Assembly (NCBI GenBank): GCA_032718475.1
Contig: JAUCBJ010001688.1
Location: 1 to 60,608, forward strand
DNA length: 60,608 nucleotides
From: Nemertoderma westbladi
Taxonomy: Eukaryota; Animalia; Xenacoelomorpha
Direction: 5' to 3'
Shown: positions 34,817 through 49,225 of the stretch, one piece after another
How the letters are laid out: every line of letters begins with the position of its first letter
Position numbering within the stretch: position 1 is the first letter of the stretch
Notes under the pieces: generated by a model
Told to the model about the DNA's origin: nothing
The model's input: the letters and a program-made list of their open reading frames with translations, nothing else
Database searches by the model: none
Position numbers and translations under genes: made by a program

Positions 34817-35987
34817 TCAAGTGGTTCAGTAGCTCAGCCCAAAAACAGTTGGCCCCGAGGTGCGTCCTAGGTGTGTCCTAGGCTAAGCTGAGGTCCGTCC
34901 TAGGCAGAGGGCTAAGGTACGTCCCAGGCAGAGACACGTTTGATTGGTTGTCCCACTTAGCTAGCTAGGAATTCCATCTTGAACCCAACTTAGTAACCGA
35001 GGCCTGTGAATGGCTAATTTAGAATTCATAAGCTGTTTGTAGTTGAAAACTTTCTGGATGCCGAGAATGGATTGTACTATGAATTAATAATAAATTCAGA
35101 GGTAACTAAAAGTATTTCATTACGGAAAAAAATTAACGAAAAATATGTGAATGCTCCATTTGAATATTTTTAATTTGCCTTCTTGTTAAAATCAAACAAA
35201 CATGTAAATAATGAGTTCTGTGGTGTACATTATCATACATTATCTGGCCCTCAAGCATAGCTGCATAGACCTTGCTTCTTTGTATCTTGACGTAGTGGAC
35301 AGCAGCCTTGTATTGTACATATCCAACCAGTGACTATCTCTCTCTGGGAAGCCAAGCACATACTGTAGACTCCATTATGTGGTTTACTTGTACTGGTAGT
35401 AGGTGCCACCAGCATCACCATAGCACTGTCGTGTGTATGAACAAACATGTCTTGATTATGTGGATTCTATTAGACATATTTTATTTAATTTTGTCAGACA
35501 TATCAACAATTCAACAATATGCGTACACATACCGAATACAGTATGTATTCGGATCTACCACAGCAGTAACACTTAAAGGGAAATTGTAGTCGGAAATATC
35601 CTAACTCAAAAAATGGGGAGGAGATGGGAAGGAATTGCAGTGACATAATTCTACATTTGAAAGGGGTATATTCACACATATCTCAAAAGTTAGGCGAGGC
35701 TACTAGTACATAAATATTACACCAAAATCATACATACTTCAACATTTTCGCAACTGGACAGTCGTACATAAAGTTTCTCGACAATAATGGTGGGAGGTAG
35801 GGGAGAGGGTGATAAATATTTATAGAGTTTAACAAAAACATACTAACGGAGAAACAGACAAACCAAAATACTATCGTAATATCGACAAGCGTCAAAATTT
35901 CCATAAAATTTCATGTTGATGATAAAAAAAAACAACTGTGAAATAATCTATTAATTTTTAAATCTTTTATTAATAAAATTAACTAAC

Positions 35988-37245
35988 ATTCATTGCAGCA
36001 TTCCCAATGAACATGGTGGTAAAGTCATTGGATTTGAATGCATTTAATCTCAAATCTTTTCTGTCAGCATCCAAAGGTAAATTTGGAAGTACTAAGTCAC
36101 ATTCTATTACCCATAGTTTTTGATTGGCTAACTTTCCGTACACACATGGGCACTTGTGGTATAACCCATATATACCTTTACATAGCGCGCCATTATGAGT
36201 AGATACAATATCAATCTAAAATTTAAACAATGTTATTATAAAATAGTTATATCATGTATAATATTATACTACAGTAATTTTAATTATACTACAGTAATTT
36301 TAATATACTGACACTAAAACAAATCCGCCTCCGCTTTGCAGGTTTTGCTTTTTTTAAACCGCTATTTCGAAAATGACAATAAAAATATCCTTGGGCCATG
36401 GTTCATGAAAAATTTCGTAACAAAAATTTTTTTTTATTACATAGCAATTATTATTATCATATGATAATATTGTTTGAAGGTCCTACACTAACAAAATCGC
36501 TCTCATTTGACAAATAAATACGATTTGATAATTATCTTTGTTTACATCGAAAATTTAATTAAAATATTTATATTAATATTTCTTAAATTTAATTTCAAAT
36601 ATAAAATAAGCATTGAAAAATTTAATAAAAATTTATATTAAATATTATATAGTTATAATTATATATTTATATGTACGTTATTATTATTAAATTTACGAAA
36701 TGATTGTACATATTATGAAATCAAATACAATTTTTAATTTTAGTTTCCACCACCACCAAAATTAAATTTAGTAAGAATTTTTACATCCCTCCACCAAACA
36801 CAAGTCTAAAACTTGGATTCAGTACCGGTCTTGGAGGTCAAACCCCCGCAGACCGGCACCGTCCCCAAATTATATATTTATTAGTATGGTTATTAAATAA
36901 ATATAAAAATAATTTATATTTTAATAATGTAGTTAAAATTGAAATGTACAATAATTAACTGAACTTACACCTCGCAATACTAAGTGTTCGACATCGACAC
37001 TGAAAGGTCTCATCTCTTCCACCAATGGTTCAATATTTACTTGAGGTAGAGGTTCCAGTGTTATAAGAATCCGATCAGGCTGCATAACGACGACTAGTAT
37101 TGGTATGTTGTGAGACGTATCGCCTCTATATGCAGGCTCATTAATACGTATCAAACTCCCTACGCCCACATTAGGGCTGGAAAAGTTTGTAGTCTGGGCA
37201 TTTCCATGATTAATCACGATGAACATCATGGATGATATCAAATCT
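35988..37245 (-). pseudogene. Unknown Cys-containing gene family, copy B (exons 37245-36969, 36215-35988)
   Basis: Same exon boundaries and phases as copy A; RDLISSMMF vs RDVICGLTF; GALC...KCPC...LW...FKSNDFTTMF vs GAIC...NCSC...IW...FKSKSFTLLF. Confidence 0.6.
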
Positions 37246-37744
37246 CTGAAAAAAATTTATTTAAAATAAAGTATATATTTTTCAAAAGTATATGACCATA
37301 TAAGAAATTCTACAAATAATAGACATGATATGATAAATAAAAAAATATAACTTACCAAAATAACTTAGAAACACACGATGCAAATTTAAAAATTTTCAAA
37401 TTAAGAGTCTTTCCAAAAAAAGAAACATCTATTTATAAAAAACTATCAAGATATGATGCGTATTATTAAGGTATCTCATCAAAAATAAAACAAAATAATT
37501 TGAAATAAATTAAGCCTCACAAAAGAAAAAACTGCTGAGTTAGAGCAAAACATATTTCGATAAATTGATTAGCAAAAGCCAACACACCTACGCTACATAA
37601 ATATTTTAAAGATTATTATATCAAAGAATATCACTGCAGTTCTAACATTTGTAAACTTCAATTAAAAACACTTCGATTTAAAAAAAATCCATCGATTAAG
37701 TTAAATACTGCAAAATACAATACACTTACAGAATAGCATAAATG

Positions 37745-37965
37745 TTTGATGTTTAGGGCTGCCCTTAGTAGTCTTGTGTAGCAACCATCAATTCGTTGTT
37801 CAAGTGATTTAGTCAGTGTCCAGGTCTCACCCCCATATAAAAATACACTTTCCACTGTGGCTCGAAAGAACTTAGTCTTCAGGTGCCTGGAGAGATCTGA
37901 TTTCCAGATGGTATCCATTTTTGATAGAGCTACCCAAGCCTTTGCTTTCCTAACTTCTATGTCGG
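37745..37965 (-). mobile_element. Diverged RTE LINE 3' fragment
   Basis: KAKAWVAL..IWKS...KFFRATVESVFLYGGETWTLT..RIDGCYTRLLR. Confidence 0.8.
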
Positions 37966-38407
37966 CTATGTCTAACGGCTATGTACTGTACAGTACAATA
38001 TCATATCATATCAATCATCGATTGAATATTTTGTTATAACTCGGATATTTATCGCATTTTTCTCTCGAGGTTGGATGGAAGAGTGAGTGGTGAGTTGTGA
38101 GGAGTTATAACAGTCCCGAGTTCGAACCCAGTTGAATATTTTGTTATCTGAAAAATTGCGAAATTAAATTTAGTTACTGGTGAAAAATTACGAAATGAAA
38201 AATAGTAGAAGTTACCTGTAGACACCCCTAGCGCCTGTAAAATTTTTATTTTTATTTAACTGATCGGACCGCACTATACTACTCTGTACCGGTACAATTT
38301 GTGCTACTGACATAGGCCTATATGAATGGTGATTTCAGTATTCTGTAAATTCTACAATTATCTAAGTTTAAACTCGCTACGATAACTCCATTAATTCTGT
38401 TCCTATC

Positions 38408-40507
38408 ATGGTAGTAATACATCGTGACTTGGTTTTCTTCATACCAGTAGTCGCGGCGTTGCTCCTACTGGTAAATGCACTCGTATTTCCAGTGTCTGAA
38501 GTAATGGCGGTGAAACAAACTCAACGACGGCGAGGATGTGCTGATAAGGAATATTCCCTAAGATGCATGTATCAGAATGTGCGCTCGCTGAATGAGAATA
38601 AAGTGTATGCTGTCAAAGAGGACATAATAGCTAGAACGCTAGACTTAGTATTCATAGTCGAGCTATGGAACAACGTTGAGTTCTTGAATCTCGCCAATCC
38701 GGAGGATTACTATAATCGGCATTTGACGAGGAAAGACCGTACTGGAGGAGGGGTGGCTGTTATAGTGCACAACTCGGTGAAACTGCGAAAAATACCCATC
38801 CTGGCTAATGAACAGTTTAAATCCTTGCTTCTAGCAACCGACAAAGACTTGTTCATGGTCGTTCATCGCCTCCCAAATAGTAAAAGGTATTCAACTTCAA
38901 TTGTCGAGTATAAGAAAATTATTGATAGTACATTGGAAGACATGTCGTTAAAGTTCGACACAATTACTATTTTTGGCGATGCGAATTTATGGTTAGAATC
39001 TGACAAGTCGTTCCAATATCTATTGGAGACACACGGTTTCTATTTCAAGAAGACGGGTCCAACGCATAAGGATAGTCATACTCTAGATTTTGTAGCTAGC
39101 CTGGGCTATAAAATCGCTGATGTTGATCTGGATCCTATAGACGAAGTGTTTAGTGATCATGCCAGTATGTGATGGATATCGAATCTGTCCAGAAATATCT
39201 CTAAATCTTATGAGGAACGGAGAAGTTTTCGAGCCTGGAAAAACTTTGATAAGGATAAATTTATAACGGAGCTGAAAGTTAATGGATTGGATAAGAGTAG
39301 TGGAGATTTAACATGCAAAGGGTTTGAGGCGTGGGTAAAGAACCTGAGGAATTTGTTTGAACGACATGTTCCCATGAAAGAGAAGATTGTAAAGATCAAC
39401 ACTAAACACTCGAAAATCAGGGAGGAAGATAGGGAGTGGATCCAGACTAAACGGAAGGAGAAGAGACGGTGTGAACTTGCGTTTCACAAAGAACGGACTG
39501 AGCAGAACAAAGTTAATTTAAATATAGCAAAGTCGGACCTAGCGAAATTGCTTCGCGATTCTACAAGGGCGTTTTACTGCGATTATATTAATACCAATTC
39601 GACTAACTCAAAACTTCTGTGGAAACAGTTCAAAAGGTTATTGGGAAAGGGAGGAAACCTTGTTTTACCGACTAAGCATGGCAATACTGCTGAGTTGGCA
39701 ACAAAATTCTCACATTTTTTCACTGAAAAAATTAACACTATTATGTTGACATTCAATACGAGCAGTCGATGTAATAATCTCCCAAAATTGTATAAAACAG
39801 ACTTTTGTGAATTTCAGCCTTTTCAAGAGGAGGACTTAGCTCAACTCATAAGGAAGATGTCAAATGCAACTTGCGAACTGGACTGTATGCCAACGCCTTT
39901 ATTTAAATCGGTAATTCCCGTTGTTATTCAGCCCTTAACGATGTATATAAACATGGTTTTAGCAGATGCGGAATTCCCAGCCTTTCTTAAACTGTCTATC
40001 GTAAGACCTCTCTTAAAGAAACCGGAGTTGGATGCTGAGATATTAAAAAATTATCGACCAGTGTCAAACCTTAGTTTCTTATCTAAGGTAGTTGAGAAAG
40101 TGATACTTTATAGAGCTACACCACAGCTAGCTTTTCACCAGACACAGTCTGGTTACAGACGGCACCATTCCACTGAAACTGCTATTCTATTTCTTCTAAA
40201 TAAATTTCTTAAGGGAATAGAAAATCAACAAGTTACTTTGTGCTCCTATATTGATTTGAGTGCGGCGTTCGACACTGTCCATCACAAAAACCTTATATTT
40301 AAGCTCAGTAAAGAATTTGGGTTCACTGGTGCTGCACTTAATCTCTTTGAGTCCTATTTAGCTGACAGACATCAATGCGTGAAAATTGATGAGAGTACAT
40401 CTGATAAAACATTGCTTCAAACCGGCGTGCCTCAGGGAAGTATCCTTGGGCCAGCACTTTATAATGCGTATATGACTGACCTGTTCTGGCGTGTGGATAA
40501 AGGCGTG
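38408..40507 (+). mobile_element. L2/CR1-like LINE ORF2 (AP endonuclease + RT), frameshifted and 3'-interrupted
   Basis: APE motifs YQNVRSL, VELW, GGGVA, GDAN, PTH..HTLD, SDH; RT motifs NYRPVSNLSFLSK, QSGYR..HSTETA, DLSAAFDTV, GVPQGSILGP; cut before YADD. Confidence 0.92.
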
Positions 40508-41070
40508 TGTTAAATTGTGGCATATAATAATTGTGGGGAAACACTCACAGGGAGTGCCAAAGTGACAATTAGTGTATAAGCCAATAGCGGGGAGGGAAGC
40601 ACGTGATTAGAGATAGGAAAGCATCCACTAGGTACAGAGGGCCAAGTACAGTAAGAGGTAGTTCTGCTGTTAGTATAGAGGTCGCGGTTGTTTATCAGTG
40701 TGTATCAATCATATATTATTCTGCATTACTGATTTACCGGTCAGTTCATTAGTTACACAGTTGCAGACTGGTCATAGTTTATGACCGTCACTGCCACTAA
40801 CATCACCAATTAATCTGTATATTTTTCTGCTGTTACTGATTTACCGTGATATCCATGACATACTGATTGTGCTATTATTGTTCGGAGTATTAATATCGAG
40901 AAACAGAAACTCTATTATTTTCCCTGACGGCCTTCGGCCAAAGCAAACTAGTGCAACTGCCCAGCAGAACGGTGACGGGTACAAATCTAATCCAGTCGAG
41001 ATCTTAGGATCCCGTCACAAGGAAGTTTATAAGGGTATCAACCATGACATCGAGAATCTCCGGGACTGAC
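40508..41070. repeat. LTR-like insertion truncating the LINE (right end uncertain)
   Basis: Begins TGTT at the point where RT homology stops; CCAAT/TATA-like signals; shares 38 bp with 137-174. Confidence 0.4.
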
Positions 41071-43427
41071 AGAGCAGATCAATGGAGGTTCTATAGGAAT
41101 ATCTCACATATGCGGACCTGTGATTTAATGTTTTCTCGTTAACATTTAATTGAAGGAAATAAGCAGGTTACAGAAGCAGGCTGTTCTAACCAAAACAATA
41201 AACGACCTTCTTCCCTACCTACATACCACGTACCGTACTATATATCGCATATGTCACGCACTTGGGGAGGAGGGGGTCGAGCTTGCGGACATTTTGTGAC
41301 AGAGGGAGGGGGGGGGGGGTCGACTTTTGTGACGGTCACGGCTATGTTCTATACTTTAATGTTCACTTGACTTTGACTTTCACACATGTGTAGAAGAGTG
41401 GGTAACTTTAAGGAAAACACTAAACTCAATAACATTGGGTATAATCGATTTCGATATAATTGATTGATATAATCGATATAATTTTTTGTGTGGGGGGGGG
41501 GGGGGGGGGGTTATTGTTTGGGGGTATTAGACCTACAAATTTCATAATGTAACATAGGGGGTGTGGGTCGAGTTTGCGTGTCACATTGTTGTGGTAGAGG
41601 GGGGAGATGGTTCAAAAGAAAATTTGCGTGACATACTTTATGAACGCACCCTACAGTGATTGTGTTTGTAGAGGTGATTGCAAATAGCAGAAATATTGTG
41701 ACGACCACACAGGGTATACGGACGGATGGCAGGATAGCTATAACGAAAAGACAGAAGGACAGGCTGACAGGCCGAACTGCGGTGTAGGTCTAGAAGCGTG
41801 TGGTAGTCCCGATATACTAATAATATTTTTCGCTAACGCACAGACATACATGGAAGTATATTTAGCCGTAAAGTCTAGTACAATAGTAAAAACGATGAAT
41901 ATACTGACAGACTGGTATAATGTAAGTTACCAGACTGTAATACGACCCATATATCGATGACCGTACATACAAATATGCACCGCTAACTAGTAACTAGAGA
42001 CTATGCAGCTATCAGGCTATGTCCTCGAACTGTAACTGTATCTATCGTCGGCACAATCACATATCTGAATGTGTCAGTATGTGTTGTGCTGAATACAGGA
42101 AAATCAGTCCTATAGGCCCGTGGTACGAATAAATATTGCACCGTACCACAGATCGGCAGTCTGTCAATCCGTGAAACACTGAAACTGTCCGGTACGTAAA
42201 ATCGTGGAGAATCCTGAGATATCCGCTAGATGGCGCTTTGTCGAGCGAGCGGATTTCACAGGCCCACCTAGATTTTCGGGTGCACCGGTGTAAACACGAA
42301 ATCTAAGTACAGTAGATAAGATGTTTAAGCTAACTTGTAAAATAATTTGAGACAAGAGTATGACTAAGGAAAATAAATTGCACAAACCGCGAAATGTTTG
42401 GAAAATATTGTAATTAATATATTTATTTATAATGTATATATTGCACATAAATTTAGAAAGGTAGGAGCCATGGGTTTTTTTTTTGTTATAACTCTTGAAG
42501 ACGACCAGTTGTCCAACAATACAACATTGAACTGAACAAATATACTGTAGCCAGGTTGTCGGGAGAAGGATGATACTAGAGGTAGGGTGATAGGATGGAT
42601 GATATAATACTCATGCATAAGGACCATTTCCAAGTATATTGCATTTTAACGCTATACTGGAAGGTCTTGGTCTTCCAACCTTGGGTCGGAGGAATGGGCT
42701 ACACCGTTAAGAATGAACGCCCTAATTACGGTTGACCGATCCTTAAGACACCTCAGGGTGTAGGTTAACAGAGCCCTCTTGAGGGTTGCCTAGCCTGGGG
42801 GTTGTCTTATAATGCATCATAGGTTGGTCCTGGATTTCTCCCTAAAAACCCTGTACAGTGGACACACAACAAAGGAACAGACAGGACAACTGGAGTAAGT
42901 CTCTAGAGCTAAACTGTTTTTAAATACATTATTTTAACGATCTTTCGGCCTGAGTTCTTACAAAGAGGTCCATTGCCGAAGGTGGCTGCAGCTAGGTCAG
43001 CCAACACCGTAGTAACCGTTAAATTAAATTACCAAACATTGCAAAATATATACGGTACGGTACCAGTAAGTACTTACGGTAAACTTACAGTTATGTCACG
43101 GTTAGTTGGGATTAAAAAGGTTTACAGGTCATGTTTTTTCTTTAATTTTATTAACACTTTATTTTCTAATTTATTATTATTATAGTTGCATTCAACTACC
43201 TAAAAATATAATAATATTTATCATAATATAATATATTAATAATATCATAAAAATACTTTAACTTTTATTTTACAGTTATATTTTAGCTTTATTTAATTAG
43301 TCTAGTCAAGCAAGTTAGGTAAAACACTTACCAATGGCGGTAGGTATGTACGTAAATCAGTATCACAAAATAAAAAGCATCCGATACCGATACCTCCTAT
43401 ATGTTGCATGCAATCAGTAGGCAGTAG

Positions 43428-44130
43428 ATGGCAGTTACGACAGGGAAGTTGTTCTCGTTGGTTTTACGAACAGCAGCCGAGGTGGGGACTACTTTATCAT
43501 TCTGGCGCGACGTAACTATCGGGGCGTATGTCGCCATCATTAAGCCTCACTACGAAGGAGAAACGAGTTTCGCGGTCGTGTCGACCCTCGAAGTCGTCGT
43601 CGCCATGATGGTCTGCATCGCCGACCTCCAGGTATTTCCCTTGATGTCGTCATATATTGACTGTTCTATGAGCAGCTTCGCAATAGAGTCAATGTTGGAG
43701 GTAGTTTCAATCGGGTTTGTGGGAGCCGCTTGTCCGGGTCCGCTGTGTGACTCCCGCTCGCCAGGGAACTGATGCTGCATGACCGGCGCTTTGAGCAGCA
43801 TTTGGGTTATGCAACTGGAGCTAGCGGGCCCGGGCTTCATTGATCTACCCGTGGCGCCCCTTCGCTCCCGCGCCTTCACAGCGTTGTTTGTAACAGATGA
43901 GACATTGTCAACCACGTTGACAGCGTGACCAGAGGTCGACGTTGACCAACTGGACGAATTCGTCTCCAATTCCATTGGGGGAGTAAACATCTTATGCGCC
44001 CTTTTGAAATTTGCCCCGCTATTTTATACACGTGGGCATAAGCACTACTAAAAGATTGTGGCATACTACGTTTCACAACGGCTGTGTTTACAACCGGAAG
44101 TTTTACTATTTTTGGAAAGTGGAACATCCT
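43428..44130 (+). pseudogene. Unknown Cys-containing gene family, copy C (intronless, with stops)
   Basis: IGAYVAIIKPHYEGET...CPGPLCD...CC..SIW...PLRSRAFTALF runs contiguously across the position of the intron in copies A and B. Confidence 0.55.
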
Positions 44131-44134
44131 ATAA

Positions 44135-44787
44135 ATGGACGCCGACTTCGACCAATGGCGAAGGGGGTGACTACCTAATACAGTATTAGAAGGTATTCAC
44201 CAAATGCTGAAACACTTACACCCCATGGTGTACCACGCAGTATGGGTAAGTGGGAGGAATTGTATGGGTTGGTGTCTGTAGTAAACGAGCTGTGGAGCAC
44301 TTTATTACAGATAAACAAATCAACTCTTGGTAAATATACTAGTACTTCCAATAGTATTGATGAATATGCCCATAATAAACATGTCAGCAATAGCTGATAA
44401 ATGGCAGGAAGTTGTTTTACTTTCGCCTATCTCTGACCCGCATTACCTTCTCCACCACGGGGTGTTGGAGGTACAGAGCTGTCATCGCAGTTTAATAATG
44501 TTAAATCCGTTGGCATGGAAAGACTCAAGGATGTTGTAGAATCTTCTTTGGGGCGCCAATGTGATGATGGTGATGTGCCAAATTATAAAAAGGTCCCAAT
44601 AACTAAGGATGAAGAATTCCTATCGAGTAGGATAATTAACTGGACCATTGCTGAGCTTACAACTCAGATCAAAGAACGTATTGCGTGTATGGGTGGGGCA
44701 GACAAGGATTCATATAATAAGTTAGTCAAAAATTGCAAGGTAAAATCAGACTTCATTGATCTATTAAATGAATTAACTTCTTTATAA
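44135..44787 (+). mobile_element. Degraded transposase-like sequence, paralog of 58380-58800
   Basis: PHGVPRSMGKWEELYGLVSVV vs PHGLPQTMQKWEELYGLVSIV; KKVPITKDEEFL vs KKIPISKDEEFL. Confidence 0.55.
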
Positions 44788-45144
44788 TATCTTATATTTA
44801 TAAACTACGGGGGGAGGGGGGGGGGGGGGGGGCTCTGGACGCAATCTATTTTGATCCACTATAATATTTTGCCCTAGTATGAGGTGAGTGTATGTTTGCC
44901 CGTACTTGTGTAGAATATTCCAGAATCTATTTTGATCTATTACTAAACTACGGGGGGGGGGGGGGGGGGGGGGGATTTGCCACTAACTTGCCATCTGTTA
45001 GTTATGGGCGTGCATAAACTCACCCCTCTGACTAAGTGGCAACAATGGGTATAAAGCCGCCAAAATTCAATTCATGAATAGAATTAATAAATTTTATAAC
45101 AATTTTTAGAACATTTTTTTTAATTATTATACATTAATGGATAT

Positions 45145-45460
45145 AGATGTATTTCCTATTATTAACTATGTACAACATTATGTACCGCGCGCTATACTGT
45201 AATAATTGATGATTATTTCCTATTAATATACTATATGTACAACATTAGTGCGTTACACCGTAATAATAGATAATTATTTCCTATTAATATACTATGTACA
45301 ACATTAGTGCGTTACACCGTAATAATTGATAATTATTTCCTATTAATATACTATGTACTGTACAACATTAGTGCGTTACAACGTAATAATTGATAATTAT
45401 TTCCTATTTCCTATAGTATGTACAACATTAGTGCGTAACACTGTAATAATTGATCATTTT
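45145..45460. repeat. ~55-bp AT-rich tandem repeat, ~5-6 copies
   Basis: Unit ATTATTTCCTATTAATATACTATGTACAACATTAGTGCGTTACACCGTAATAATTG. Confidence 0.9.
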
Positions 45461-45522
45461 TTGCAAATATGTAGGCTAGTGGAGTACCGGTACCAATATG
45501 GAGAAATTCAGAAATATGGAGT

Positions 45523-46449
45523 ACCGGTGTAACAGGAAAATATGCCCCCCCCCCCGGGAAATGTGCCCGGGGGGCATATTTTCCTAGGAAAAAATGCCCC
45601 CCCCGGGCAAATTTCCCTAGGAAAAAATGCCCCCCCCCCCTTAGGAAATTATGCCCCCCCTGAATTATACAATAAACAAAACTTATTACTACTAAAACTT
45701 ACAAAAATTATACAAAACAATAAACAGTCACTTTACCAAATGAAGGAAAGGAGCAGGTTACAGAGGCAGGCCTTTCTAACCAAAACAATAAACGATCATT
45801 TAACTAATTGAGGGAAAGGAGCAGGTTACAGCGGCGGGATTTTCTAACCAAAACAATAAACAGTCACTTTAGCAAATCAGGGAAAGGAGCAGGTTACAGA
45901 GACGGGATTTTCTAACCAAAACAATAAACGATAACATTACCAATTGAGAGAAAGGAGCAGGTTACAGAGGCGGGATGTTCTAACCAAAACAATAAACAAT
46001 CACTTTACCAAATCAGGGAAAGGAGCAGGTTACAGACTTAAAAAAGCTTGGAGCTGCTCGGCGCCCACACAACACTACACACTCGCACTGCTGTTATACC
46101 AGTACTTACTACAGTAGCCTACTGACTTAGATACTTCAGTATGCTGTTCTACATCCCTTACTGCCTTACCTGCTTACCTACCGGCAGACCGGTACCGTAC
46201 TTTTCTTCCAACTATTACAAGTTCTGCAGTTGGTAGATTAAAAGTGGCTACCAGCAGACCGGTATCATACCAGTTTTCAGACTTTTGAGGGGGGCTAATT
46301 TTCCTGAGGGGAGGCATTATTTCCTAAGGAGAAAATGCCCCCCCGGGCTAAATTTCCTAGGAAAAATTGCCCGGGGGGACATAATATCCTAGGAAATAAT
46401 GCCCTGGGGGGCATATTCTAGGGGGGGCTGATTTCCTTGTGACACCGGT
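45523..46449. mobile_element. Non-autonomous TIR DNA transposon with subterminal and internal repeats
   Basis: ACCGGTGT...ACACCGGT ends, inverted GCCCCCC/TTCCTAGGAA subterminal arrays, ~60-bp internal repeat x5 (GAAAGGAGCAGGTTACAG...CTAACCAAAACAATAAAC). Confidence 0.75.
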
Positions 46450-46936
46450 ACCGTACCAATATCCCATTCCCTAATTCCCTAATATCTAAGCACCCGTCAG
46501 CAGGGTCAGGGTTGAAGAAAAGAAGAATTAAAAAAACGCGATTTTTGCGTGGTTGGACATTTGAGATTGGTGCGTCTGTCCGTCGATATGATTTAAACTG
46601 CATAAGCCAGTAAGCAGATCAGCGTATGCAGCGCAGCTATGCCAGTATCGCAGTATCTCAGTTGCAGTTAGTAGGCCTATGCTGTTTAGCTGCGGTCCTT
46701 GACTGACATCAGTCCCGGCTCACGACATTTTTTAAATAGATCCTACCGCTAATCATATTTGAATCTTTCATTCATAGATTCATTCATTTTTAGCACTGTA
46801 GTAGCTTAAGCCCTGTTGGTTGCTGCACTGTTAATATAGGCCTACCACCGTAATTTAGGCCTAATCTTTTACCACAACCAGAACTACAACTACAGAACTG
46901 TAATATCACAAGGCGAAATATTTTTAGTAAAACACT

Positions 46937-48310
46937 GTGAAAAGCTTGCTGGCAGTTTTACCAACAGACATAATTTTAGAAAGTGGGGTAAACCCTGATA
47001 ACACATATGACGAAATTAAATGTGATGTAATTCGTCACCTTGCTGATAGTGACGAAAAACGACTTCACAAACTGTTAGGTGAGCAAAGCCTAGGTGATCG
47101 GAAACCAACTGCGGCACTACGCCATCTGCAGAGACTGGCACCTGGTAACGATAATGTAATTAGGTTACGCTTCCTTGATATGCTTCCTGAATCAATACAC
47201 ATAGTTTTAACGTCATTGTCTGAACTTCCAATATACAAATTAGCTGAAACAGCAGACAAAATGATTGAACAAACAAAAGGTTCACAAGCTAGTTACGCTA
47301 TATCGCAGAACTCCGAAATAGATATTCTACGAGATATGCAAGCTATTATGGCTGATCAAATTACAAAGCTGACAGCTGAAATTCGCGCAATAAATATGTC
47401 ACAGTCACAGTCCCCTCAATATTATAGATCACGATCTCCTGAGCGGTCTTTGAGGTCAAGACAATGGTCTCGATCCAGATCATATAACCCTATGGGACCC
47501 CTTTGCTTCTACCACTTCACATTCGGAGACCAAGCCAATAAATGTCAGGCACCATGTAAATGGGGATCAAACCTCCAAAGGCAATCTTCAGGAAACGATT
47601 CCACCTCGGCTTAGACACGGATGCGGTCGGGGTAAACGTTATACATATTGCCGTACCTGAAATAGGTTCATTGCTTGTAGATACTGGTAGTGACTGTTGT
47701 GTCCTACCCAGATGTAAGTCTACAGTAGGATCAAATTCAAACATAAAACTCACAGCGGCAAACGGCTCTCATATAGTAACTTATGGTATAACAGAAATTG
47801 AATTTAAACTTTCTTGTTTAAATACAAGTTTTAAATGGCAGTTTGTTATTGCAGACGTAGTTTGTTATTGCAGACGTTGCTCAGCCAATAGACATGGATT
47901 TTCTCAGATCCAATGGTATAGCTGTTGATTGTGCAAATAATACACTGGTGTTTAGTAAACATATAAATGATAATAAATTATACAAAATGCCTATTCATGA
48001 CACAAATATCAAAATAAACTTAATCCATTCTGAGATGTTATCTGAACATGACAATAGACAGTTACAAATGCTACTATCTGAATATAGTAAATTGTTTGAA
48101 CCTGTGGATGACTCAGTACCTGTCAATCATCCCATCAAACATCACATAGTAACATCTGGACATCCGTGCTATTCAAGACCACGTCCTCTACATGGATCCA
48201 TACTGGAAAAAGTAAAGAAAGATTATGCAGAGTTAGAAGCGCGTGGTATAATACAACGCGGTGAATCTCCATGGGCAACACCCCTGCTTGCCACCAACAA
48301 ACCAGACAAC
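46937..48310 (+). mobile_element. Gypsy/Ty3 gag-protease-RT(N) fragment
   Basis: Gag LGDRKPT..L, CFYHFTFG..A.KC..PC; protease LLVDTGS; RT start HHIVT.G.P...RP, SPWATPL. Confidence 0.9.
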
Positions 48311-48529
48311 TCACTTCTACTCACTTCAAATTTGTGCCACCCAGTTGAACAGATCGCGCTACGATTTAAATGATTTGGACAATAAAGGACAATAAAGATT
48401 TGACGACCTCTAAAACGAAAAGATCTAAAACTATTGCTGTCAAATATATGAACTTATATTATCTTCTATACACTCCAAATATAATGGTAAACTAGCAACT
48501 TTGGAGAATGTAGTGTATTACTCAGTTAC

Positions 48530-49225
48530 ATGACGGTAACTAGGATGCTGAAATATTCAGCAAATACTCAACAATCATTTGGGGATGGAGATATTTCAGT
48601 ACTAATTAACAACATGCAGTTTGTTGGTAAAACGTACCATGTATATAATCAAAAACATCTACCTGTATCAAAGGTCACAACTGTCCTCTCGATTTATCAC
48701 CCACCAAAAGATAAATACCAACAGATGAACATGAAACATTTAGAGCTTGGAGAAAAATTAGATAGCACACTAGACTCATTTTTGAACCAAAACAAAACAT
48801 TGTTTAGTTCGATTCATTCCCTGTTTGTCCTGTCGGAATTATCTGTCCTGAAGGGTCACCTCAAGTCATCATCAACGATATTCAATGACAAAACGTATGA
48901 AAGACGCATATCATTGTTGGAGGATCGAGGCACCATTGGAGCCACCCCTGATCCACTGTTTACGGATGTACAGGTCCATTCACCCATTGAAGGCGATCCG
49001 AGCTCGTATGCTGCTGTGGAGTCTATAATGGAGAGGACAATGCAAAATAATGGTGTCTGTGACCTGAGCTGCAGTAGGGAGTGGGTGGCTATGGTATTGG
49101 ATGGGAGTCCTATGTCCCTTGCCTTAAACTTGCTTAGTGACCATCCTGAATGGGTGAAGAAACTTTTATTAGTGCCAGGATATGCCCACATGGAGAAGAT
49201 CATGATGAAGGCTGCCATTGCCCAC
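48530..49225 (+). mobile_element. DUF6589/KDZ-like transposase fragment
   Basis: WVAMVLDG and LLVPGYAHMEKIM resemble the D and PGxxH motifs of DUF6589-type proteins. Confidence 0.45.
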
